Source: Octopus bimaculoides (lineage: Eukaryota). From it: a stretch of 56,760 bases of DNA. Of the stretch, positions 1 to 10,124 are shown one piece after another. Position numbers and translations under genes: made by a program. Where the stretch lies: assembly GCF_001194135.2 (NCBI RefSeq), contig NC_068993.1, positions 60,014,344-60,071,103 of the forward strand, given 5' to 3'. Under the pieces are notes generated by a model that worked only from the letters and a program-made list of their open reading frames with translations, searched no databases and was not told the origin of the DNA. How positions within the stretch are numbered: the stretch's first letter is position 1; each line of letters begins with the position of its first letter.

Positions 1-45
1 TATATATATATATATATATATTTGTGTATATATAATATATACGTA

Positions 46-78
<33 letters not shown>

Positions 79-124
79 GTGTGTGTGTGTATATTTAATT
101 TATACATGTATATATATATACATA

Positions 125-168
<44 letters not shown>
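1..168. repeat. compound (TA)n/(TG)n microsatellite
   Basis: Direct reading. Dozens of similar TA/CA/TACA/GATA arrays occur across the window and flank most N-gaps. Confidence 0.95.
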
Positions 169-170
<2 letters not shown>

Positions 171-215
171 GCAGCCCTTGATGCCATTCAATGTGGTAGT
201 CCATTTGTTAAAACT

Positions 216-237
216 GCAATTATTACGTAATAATTGC
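216..237. other. 22-bp perfect palindrome centred on TTACGTAA
   Basis: GCAATTATTACGTAATAATTGC equals its own reverse complement. Confidence 0.85.
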
Positions 238-333
238 GTTATTAAAATGTAGACTTGTACCGAAACACCTGTTACCGTTCACTGAAGATACTAAACTCTT
301 TTTCTTATGTTTAACTTTGTGTGTGCGTTTGCC

Positions 334-340
334 CGCGCGC

Positions 341-371
<31 letters not shown>

Positions 372-372
372 T
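334..372. repeat. (CG)11(TG)8 alternating purine-pyrimidine tract (Z-DNA-prone)
   Basis: 22 nt of pure CG repeat at 334-355 run directly into TG repeat to 372. Confidence 0.9.
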
Positions 373-664
373 AAGCGCGTGCATGAAGAGATATAGGGAA
401 TCAGACAGTGATTGTACTCTTGTGTGTGTGTGCTTATCGATATGAATGCAGCCTGACCGAATTCTGAAATTGTTCACCTCCGAAAGGTCCCCGCTCCCTA
501 CCCCCAGCCCCGTCTGATGCCGCTGCTTGGCATCTTAGGCAAGTGTACTTATCTCGTGGTTTCGATCGACAGACACGTTAAGAGATAATTTTGATGCATG
601 CGGTGTGCAAGCGCAATGGTCCCGCCTATCCTTCATACATACCACACATGTATGCATGCATACA

Positions 665-807
665 TGTGTGGTAAGAAACTTGCTTCTCAACCACATGGTT
701 CTGGGTCCAGTCCCACTGCATGGCACTTTGGACAAGGGACTTCTACTATAGCCTCTGACCAACTAGTGCCTTATAAGTGGATTTGGTTGACGGAAACTGA
801 AAGAAGC
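665..807 (+). mobile_element. SINE family F1, 5' half (tRNA-derived head)
   Basis: TGTGTGGTAAG (A-box-like) and GGTTCTGGGTCCAGTCCC (B-box-like), ending GACGGAAACTGAAAGAAGC. The same end motif occurs at 40208-40227, and the head is seen reversed at 13961 and 35680-35735. Confidence 0.8.
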
Positions 808-833
808 ATTTTATAAGCATGCACACAGATTAT

Positions 834-1040
834 ATTCTTTTATTTCTTTTAGTCATTTGACTGCGGCCATGCTGGAGCACCACCTTTAGTCGAAGAAATC
901 GACTTCAGGAATTATTCCTTGTAAGCCTAGTACTTGCTCTATCGGTCTCTTATTGCCGAAACGCTAAGTGACGGGGACATAAACACACCAACATCGGTTG
1001 TCAAGCGATGGTGGGGGGATAAACACAGTCACACAAACAT
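834..1040 (-). mobile_element. SINE family F1, 3' half
   Basis: Closely matches 50123-50330 (GTCATTTGACTGCGGCCATGCTGGAGCAC...ACATCGGTTGTCAAGCGATG) and ends at a CA/TA microsatellite. Confidence 0.85.
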
Positions 1041-1551
1041 ATACGTATATATATATATATATATNNNNNNNNNNNNNNNNNNNNNNNNNNNNNNNNNNNN
1101 NNNNNNNNNNNNNNNNNNNNNNNNNNNNNNNNNNNNNNNNNNNNNNNNNNNNNNNNNNNNNNNNNNNNNNNNNNNNNNNNNNNNNNNNNNNNNNNNNNNN
1201 NNNNNNNNNNNNNNNNNNNNNNNNNNNNNNNNNNNNNNNNNNNNNNNNNNNNNNNNNNNNNNNNNNNNNNNNNNNNNNNNNNNNNNNNNNNNNNNNNNNN
1301 NNNNNNNNNNNNNNNNNNNNNNNNNNNNNNNNNNNNNNNNNNNNNNNNNNNNNNNNNNNNNNNNNNNNNNNNNNNNNNNNNNNNNNNNNNNNNNNNNNNN
1401 NNNNNNNNNNNNNNNNNNNNNNNNNNNNNNNNNNNNNNNNNNNNNNNNNNNNNNNNNNNNNNNNNNNNNNNNNNNNNNNNNNNNNNNNNNNNNNNNNNNN
1501 NNNNNNNNNNNNNNNNNNNNNNNNNNNNNNNNNNNNNNNNNNNNNNNNNNN

Positions 1552-1582
<31 letters not shown>

Positions 1583-2345
1583 TGTGTGAGTGTCTGTCTA
1601 TGTATCTACATACATACATACATACATACATGCCTGCATGCATGGATATATATGTATACATGTTTATGTGTATGCATATATCTTTGTACGGCGAGTGAAT
1701 GTAGGCGTATGCGCTTACATGGCTGGGACAGGAATTAATTCGCACTTCACTCATAAAATTTTACTCTACTCTCACCTTTAAGCTACCCTATCCATAATTG
1801 TTCCGATATTGTCCTTAAAAAGAAATGACAACTTGGAAAAAAAAAATGCTACTTCGTTTCACACACAGCAAGAAATATCGAAGGGTGGAGCATGGCTGAT
1901 TAAACTGTCGATTAGAAATATATGTTCAACTCGTGTGTTTACTGAATTCCATGCACATTTGTATGCATGCACGCTTCTATGCATGCATGTATATATTTAT
2001 ATATGCAAGTGTGTTTGTACGCATGGATGTATTTATGCATGTTATAATAAAGTGTATATTTGTGCGTACCTATGTGCGGAATTGTTTATTCAATATACAT
2101 TGGGTTAGGCGTGCTTCGGAATTCGGCGGGAAATTCGTAACGTAACAAGTCTGGTGTGTGCGAGCAAATCTCCTCCAGTCTGGCAAATAGCTTTCTCGGT
2201 GTTTTAATTATTTTTTTTCTCAATTCTTTTTCTTTCCGCCTCCTCCTCCTTCTTCTACTTCGTTCTCTTCTTCTCTCTCTGTATATGTACGTTTAGTTAT
2301 AGATATGTACACATGCATATATATATATATGTATATATATATATA

Positions 2346-2391
<46 letters not shown>

Positions 2392-2775
2392 GACATACAC
2401 ATGTATATACATATATTTATATATATATATATATATATATATACATANNNNNNNNNNNNNNNNNNNNNNNNNNNNNNNNNNNNNNNNNNNNNNNNNNNNN
2501 NNNNNNNNNNNNNNNNNNNNNNNNNNNNNNNNNNNNNNNNNNNNNNNNNNNNNNNNNNNNNNNNNNNNNNNNNNNNNNNNNNNNNNNNNNNNNNNNNNNN
2601 NNNNNNNNNNNNNNNNNNNNNNNNNNNNNNNNNNNNNNNNNNNNNNNNNNNNNNNNNNNNNNNNNNNNNNNNNNNNNNNNNNNNNNNNNNNNNNNNNNNN
2701 NNNNNNNNNNNNNNNNNNNNNNNNNNNNNNNNNNNNNNNNNNNNNNNNNNNNNNNNNNNNNNNNNNNNNNATATA

Positions 2776-2806
<31 letters not shown>

Positions 2807-3695
2807 CATTTATTTATACCCCTCCTTTCTCTTTCGTTCTCTCTCCCTCCTGTTTCCACCTTCACAAGAGCAATAGCAGCAATTGTAGACTCTCAGATTC
2901 TGTGATAGCAACTCACAACTGGTCACAACTCCACGCTTCGTCCACTACATATGCCGGCTGCCATTGCTATTTCCTGCCAGCTGAGTGACCGGCCAAAGTT
3001 GACCCTTATCGAGTTCCCATATAATTAAAATCATTCAAGCGATAAACAGCCAGTCTGTTTTTCATTTATCACTTTTATCGTTTCTGGCTCATCCCTGTGT
3101 CCTTCTGCCAACCCCTTATTCTAAAAAAAGATAACATGGGTGTATAGCGATTTCGGGGAGATTTTACTGTTATTTCTAGCATGATCTGTGACTGTGTAGA
3201 GCCTCCCTCATTAGTTTGTTTCGGTGTTGAGATTTCGATGTGGTGCAATGTTAAATTTGTATGGATATATGTATGTATGCATGCATGTGTGAGTGTCTGT
3301 ATGGATTCATGTGTGTGTTTTTGTGTGTGTGTGTGTGTGTGCGCGCGTGCGCACGTGCTAACACGCGCGTATGTGTATATGTGCTCCGGTGGACATGTGG
3401 GTGAGATGGCTGCCGAAGTTCCAGTCAAACTTAAAAATCGTTTTAACATGACATAAATGTTTATTTTGCTTTTATAATTTACCAATTTAATATGAAAAAA
3501 AAAAACAGAAACATTACACGATACATTCCTAGCAATTATTCACATTCTTCCTTTCTTTCTTTTAATTCTTTTTTCTTTCTCTTTTTCTCTTTTTTTGTTC
3601 ATTTATTTTTTAATTATTATCATTAGTATTTTCTTTCTGTTTTTTTTTTTGTTGATTAATCAATAAATACAAGTCAATATTGCTAATATACCTAC

Positions 3696-3885
3696 CGATG
3701 GTGTTGTTGACATGCATCGCATTCGATCCGAGTTTCTATAGGATGACGAGTAAGGATGATGACTTGTGGTGAACGACGACGTTTGTTGAGACTGGGTTGT
3801 AAAATGAGAGAAATTTGGTTGAAAGATAACAGGTCCCTGATATTGGTGTGGTGTTGTTGATCTTATGCTATTCATAACTGTGTGC
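3696..3885 (-). CDS. candidate internal exon, Ser/Thr/His/Gln-rich peptide of unknown identity
   Basis: AG at 3887-3886 and donor CG|GTAGGT at 3695. The 190-nt open frame reads HTVMNSIRSTTPHQYQGPVIFQPNF...HHPYSSSYRNSDRMRCMSTTPS. The polypyrimidine tract is weak and no homology was recognised. Confidence 0.25.
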
Positions 3886-3974
3886 CTACCAAGTGTGGTG
3901 CGATGCTAGTGGTGGAGGGATGTGCTGCTATACTGTCTACTTTTCTATTCTATAAAGTGGTAGATTATTCTTGT

Positions 3975-4225
3975 GCAATGTGGTGTAATGTTTTGCAGTG
4001 TAGTATTCTGTGATATTGTGATGTGTGGGGCATTTTTCATAGTATTCCTGTCTGGTATTGCAGTCTGAGATGGTATGAGGTATCACTATCTACGTTAGTA
4101 TGGTGTATTACATTGCGGTATGACCTATGTTGTATGGTGTGGCGAAGTGCATTGTAGTAAGATATGGTGCAATGAGTTCTAAGGTAGTAAAGAGTTGTTT
4201 AGTATGTTTTAGATGAGATTAGGGC
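3975..4225. repeat. decayed pentanucleotide repeat (TGTRG/TATRG-like)
   Basis: 5-bp periodicity: tgtgg tgtaa tgttt tgcag tgtag tattc tgtga tattg ... Confidence 0.55.
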
Positions 4226-4373
4226 GGTGAGAGGGTAACACGTGCAGGGCACCTTACTGATGCAACGTAGAGACGACAGGGTGTATATATTTGAGATTTT
4301 GTTTACTATCAGTACGATAGAATAGTGTGTGAATGAAAGTGCGTAGCGAGCAAATCATCAAGGTGCGTGTGTG

Positions 4374-4406
<33 letters not shown>

Positions 4407-4412
4407 ATATAC

Positions 4413-4485
<73 letters not shown>

Positions 4486-4550
4486 GTGGGTGTGTGTAAT
4501 ATGTATATGCATATACATATGTGTGTGCATGTGTATAAATATATATATAT

Positions 4551-4619
<69 letters not shown>

Positions 4620-4684
4620 CACGCATACATATATATATATATATGTGTACAATGTATACATATAAGTTACATATATTATATGTA

Positions 4685-4804
4685 CAGGGTGTCCATAAGG
4701 GCTGGGTATATGGAGTAAATAAAAACATAACATAATTAAATATAAGAAATAATTTCTTAAAGTATGTGTAAATTCCCATGTACCCAGACTTTGTGGACAC
4801 CCTG
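4685..4804. mobile_element. Tc1/mariner-type MITE, 120 bp
   Basis: TIRs CAGGGTGTCCATAAGGGCTGGGTA and (rc) CAGGGTGTCCACAAAGTCTGGGTA match at 21/24. TA flanks both ends (4683-84, 4805-06). Confidence 0.85.
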
Positions 4805-5618
4805 TATATATGTATATATGTATACATATATATTTATATATATATATATATATGTATATATATNNNNNNNNNNNNNNNNNNNNNNNNNNNNNNNNNNNNN
4901 NNNNNNNNNNNNNNNNNNNNNNNNNNNNNNNNNNNNNNNNNNNNNNNNNNNNNNNNNNNNNNNNNNNNNNNNNNNNNNNNNNNNNNNNNNNNNNNNNNNN
5001 NNNNNNNNNNNNNNNNNNNNNNNNNNNNNNNNNNNNNNNNNNNNNNNNNNNNNNNNNNNNNNNNNNNNNNNNNNNNNNNNNNNNNNNNNNNNNNNNNNNN
5101 NNNNNNNNNNNNNNNNNNNNNNNNNNNNNNNNNNNNNNNNNNNNNNNNNNNNNNNNNNNNNNNNNNNNNNNNNNNNNNNNNNNNNNNNNNNNNNNNNNNN
5201 NNNNNNNNNNNNNNNNNNNNNNNNNNNNNNNNNNNNNNNNNNNTATATATGTATATATATATACGCAGATAGATAGACGATAGACAGAAAGTAACAGAGA
5301 CAAAGAGAGTGAAAGAGAAGACAATGAACAAGAGTTAGGGCCGATTTTGGGGGTACATAAGCGCAACTGAGAGACAAATATGTGTGTGTTTGTGTGTATA
5401 TATATATATATATATACATTCGTGCATACACGCACACACTCACATACACACGCATATACATATGTATATATGTCTGCGTGTATATGCATGAATGTATATA
5501 TGTACACATAAATATATGTGTGTGTTTGTGTATGTACATATATGTATGTATATATGCATATATTTATATATTATTTATATTATTATATGACCGAACGCCA
5601 CGCAACCATTTCCAAGTA

Positions 5619-5666
<48 letters not shown>

Positions 5667-6099
5667 TGTGTGTGTGTGTGTGTATTGGTTTGTACATATA
5701 TACATTTATGCATACACGCGCACGCACAGACACACACATACACACATATGTGTCTGTGTATGTATGTATGTATGCAGTTGAGGTTCGTTTTCTGTCTATA
5801 TTTATCTCACCTAAACATTGATGATAGCGCAAAAAATAATTTGTAAACAATTGTCGAACATTCACCGTGAATATATCCGTTCACCAGACGAATACGTGGT
5901 TTATGAATTTCTTGTATGTCAAACCACCACAAACACGTGTGCGACTGTACACACACACACACACACGTTATCACAGACGCACACTTACATACACACACAC
6001 ATGCAAACATATACCCATGACTACAGACATCGGCATATATATAGTGATATGATATGTAAGATAAAAGAGATGGGTGTCTGGGTGTGTGAATGGAATTCC

Positions 6100-6285
6100 A
6101 GAGGGAAGTCAGAAAAGGGTAATGACCTGAGAACGGAGGGAGGGAAGAGGGAAAAAGAAGGTGAATGAGAGCAACAGGAGGAAGGAGGTTTGAAAGAAGA
6201 GCTTTGGAAGAAGAAGCATCATAAGTAAATGTATTGGTAGAAAAGGAGGGAGAGAAAGACACAGAGATAAAACAGACAGACAGAC

Positions 6286-6356
<71 letters not shown>

Positions 6357-7010
6357 CAGACGGACGGATGGACGGATAGCTAGATAGATATTATAGATAG
6401 TGTTAGCGTCAGAGTTACAGAGAAAAGGAAAACGCAAATACAGGGCCGGATTGTTAAAGGGAGACACAAAAATTCCGAGAGAAGATATATGCGAGAGAAA
6501 GAGGGGGAGGGAGAGGGGAGAGAGACTGGAGGAAGAAAGTGGGGGGTGGATATTGAAGGTGAGAGTAGGCGGCGAAAGAGATTGGCTGATGGTAAGAGTC
6601 AAAAGGGCAAAAGTGAAATAGTAATGAAAGTGAGATTAAACGAAACTGAAAGTAGGAAGTGAAATGGAGAGATAGTGAGAGAGAGGGTGTGTGTTAGAGA
6701 AACAGGAAGGGCGAAAGTGAAAGTGAAATCCTATGTGGTATAAATGCGTGAGCAGTGAAGAAAGAAGAAAAGATTAAGTCAAAAGAAAAAGATAAAAATA
6801 GAAAGAATACAAGTAGTGTATGATCAGAAATGGAAAGAAATAAGCAGAGTAAAGTGGAAATATTAGGAAGAAGGAGAAAAAGAAAGAGGGGGGGTCGGGA
6901 AGAAGAAGACAAAATATGGGTGGGGAGTGAGAAGAGATGAACCTGTAGTGTGAAAATAGCCAAAAAGAGGGAAAATAATGTATTGAAAGAGAGGCGCAAA
7001 AAGCCACATA
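6100..7010. repeat. purine-rich low-complexity tract including (GACA)n(GATA)n at about 6273-6390
   Basis: Strongly A/G-biased plus strand. A similar tract lies at 8620-8990. Confidence 0.8.
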
Positions 7011-8109
7011 TTTTTGGTGTAAGAACAGTTGATTATTAGACAGAATCAAGTACTTGACTCCTCCTTTTTTGGGGGGCTTTTTTCATCGCCATCGGTAAGC
7101 AAAAAAAAAAAAAAAAATTGCCAAGTTGACCTTGTATCTGAATTGAGACGGTAAATGAACTTAAGTAAATACCGGAAGTCATTTTTTTACCAGCGCTCTA
7201 CAGTTCCCATTACATATTCTATCGATCGTGGAACGATACGGGAAACGCAAAATCGACCTCGTTGTGAAGCTCAAAATGGTGAACGGTGGGAAAAGTTGAA
7301 ATCTGTCATACCTGCCAGATTACGATGCTTTTCGCAGTTGAACCCTACGGTTCTTTACTGGTAAATTAGATTTCTTGCTTCTTTAACATTTCAATTTCCA
7401 ATGCTAAGAGTTTTAATTAACATGATATTAATTTATTAACCAAGTTAGATTCAACATTAGAAAGTTTATAAAACTGATCTGAAATCCTTGAAGTTTAATT
7501 CAGTTGGTGTTCTATCGAGAAAAAATACAAGTGTTTCTAGATTAGCCATATTAACACAAAAGTTTATGGAAGGGAACAATCGATTATTTCAGCACGAATA
7601 TTGAACTGGTGCTTATATTTTAATGATCTCAAGATGACGAACAAAAACGAAAAGAGAATTGACTGTGCAGCTATTTGAAGACTATGAGAAAACGTGCTAA
7701 ATACATGATATGATGCTTTTCCTAAAAATAATGGTCTCTAATAAAAGAACAATGTCAAAAATTTGTGATGAGAAGTAGCCGATGATGCCATCGACTTAAA
7801 TATTTCACTGGTATTTTAATTTATCGAACCCGAATATATGGAAGCGGAATATGAACTTAGATAACAAAAAGACGGAACAAGCATCACAGTGCAGGTTTAT
7901 TGCGATTTAACGAATCTGAAAACACTGTGTAACAATTTTTTTTGTTTGTCTTTGGTCAGTAAGTGTTATTTCCTATTTGTTTCTATCTACAAAGTAAAGG
8001 AAATGACTACTATTCCCTTCAAACTTTGCTTTTGTGACCTGGACATCAATGTTTTCAAACTGACCTATTTTCCATTACATTTCAGACAGATTCAGCACTG
8101 AGTTGCTGA

Positions 8110-8300
8110 AGCAGAAATATCATTGTAGCAAATATTCTGCGCAACACCACAGATTTGCTTGTCAGTTGCTTGACCTTCGCTATTTGAACATGTCCGTTGG
8201 TGGCTGACGATAAGAGCACCGCTGAGCATGAGTAGGTGTAGTTAGGGAGTATCTCAGCCATGTGTTGAGAGGGGATTCTTTGGGGTTTAAATAAATGTAA
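8110..8300 (-). mobile_element. probable fragment of an interspersed repeat (possibly LINE-derived)
   Basis: The minus strand (AATCCCCTCTCAACACATGGCT...CAACTGACAAGCAAATCTGTGG...GCAGAATATTTGCT) resembles a common octopus repeat as I recall it. Single copy in this window; not verified. Confidence 0.35.
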
Positions 8301-8435
8301 CACAAGCAAAATTTGAAGGAAATATTAGCCATTTTTCATACTTTCTAGGATTAGCAAATAGGAGATAACAGATGACGCCAAAGGACGAAAATCGCGTTAC
8401 ATAGTGTAATCCATCGGCCAAAATTATTCTAAAAA

Positions 8436-8562
8436 CAATCCTTTCTACCGGAGCCTTTTCGAGAGGAGGTTTGGTGATTACATCAGCCCTAATATTTGAC
8501 TGGTACTTATTTTATCGACTCCAAAAGGTCGAAAAGCAAAGTCGACCTTGGTGGAATTTGAA
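8436..8562 (-). mobile_element. SINE family F2 fragment
   Basis: Reverse complement of the core TTCAAATTCCACCAAGGTCGACTTTGCTTTT...GATAAAATAAGTACCAG seen at 16340-16400. Confidence 0.75.
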
Positions 8563-10077
8563 ATGATTCCAAAAATAATAACAATAAATAAGAATGGTTC
8601 ATAACATAAAGAGAGGCTGACTGGGGTAAAAGAGTGATGAAGAAGAACCGAGAGATAATCAAAAAGTGGTTAATGGTTTGGAGAGAGAGAGAGAGAGAGA
8701 AATAGAGGGAAGGAGAGACAGACAGACAGATAAATGGCGGGACAGAGAAATGGGGTGAGGATCAAAGAAAAATTGAACTAAAGGACGTGGATGAAGGAGA
8801 GAATGTGAAAAATAATAAAGAAAGTTGAAGGGAATATAAAAACAAAAACGAAGTAGAGGCGGCAGAGAACGAATAGAAAATCGAAGGAAAAACGTTAAAG
8901 GAAGGCGAAAGTAAGAAAGGACAAGAGAATAGAAATGGAAAGGCAGGAAGGGGAGAAGAATAAAAAGAAAGAGAATCGGAAGGAGTGGTGTACGTGTGTG
9001 TGTGAATGTGTGTGTGTGCGTGCGTGCGAGCTTAAAAATCGTCGAGAAAGAAGAATCAGTAAGATATTCGGAGGGACGTAACATTTGAAATCTCTGCTTC
9101 GCATTTTCCTGAGACAGACACAGCAGCTGAAGAATGTTACCTGCGGGCCATTTCCCAGATATCCAGGTGCCCGAACATTCCTGGCATTCACATGAGCAAG
9201 CACTACGAGCAACACATTCCTACTAAAATTATTTTTAGGTGNNNNNNNNNNNNNNNNNNNNNNNNNNNNNNNNNNNNNNNNNNNNNNNNNNNNNNNNNNN
9301 NNNNNNNNNNNNNNNNNNNNNNNNNNNNNNNNNNNNNNNNNNNNNNNNNNNNNNNNNNNNNNNNNNNNNNNNNNNNNNNNNNNNNNNNNNNNNNNNNNNN
9401 NNNNNNNNNNNNNNNNNNNNNNNNNNNNNNNNNNNNNNNNNNNNNNNNNNNNNNNNNNNNNNNNNNNNNNNNNNNNNNNNNNNNNNNNNNNNNNNNNNNN
9501 NNNNNNNNNNNNNNNNNNNNNNNNNNNNNNNNNNNNNNNNNNNNNNNNNNNNNNNNNNNNNNNNNNNNNNNNNNNNNNNNNNNNNNNNNNNNNNNNNNNN
9601 NNNNNNNNNNNNNNNNNNNNNNNNNNNNNNNNNNNNNNNNNNNNNNNNNNNNNNNNNNNNNNNNNNNNNNNNNNNNNNNNNNNNNNNNNNNNNNNNNNNN
9701 NNNNNNNNNNNNNNNNNNNNNNNNNNNNNNNNNNNNNNNNNNNNNNNNNNNNNNNNNNNNNNNNNNNNNNNNNNNNNNNNNNNNNNNNNNNNNNNNNNNN
9801 NNNNNNNNNNNNNNNNNNNNNNNNNNNNNNNNNNNNNNNNNNNNNNNNNNNNNNNNNNNNNNNNNNNNNNNNNNNNNNNNNNNNNNNNNNNNNNNNNNNN
9901 NNNNNNNNNNNNNNNNNNNNNNNNNNNNNNNNNNNNNNNNNNNNNNNNNNNNNNNNNNNNNNNNNNNNNNNNNNNNNNNNNNNNNNNNNNNNNNNNNNNN
10001 NNNNNNNNNNNNNNNNNNNNNNNNNNNNNNNNNNNNNNNNNNNNNNNNNNNNNNNNNNNNNNNNNNNNNNNNNNNNN

Positions 10078-10124
<47 letters not shown>

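Noticed and set aside
8086-8310. Plus-strand terminal exon (TTTCAG|, DRFSTELLKQKYHCSKY...*, AATAAA near 8290)
   Set aside because: The opposite strand resembles a recalled octopus interspersed repeat, so an exon call is unsupported.
9085-9241. Exon candidate (minus 9141-9219, good CAG|GTAACA donor) or decayed Dong-like end (plus)
   Set aside because: Several readings are equally plausible, none is recognisable, and the region is truncated by a gap.
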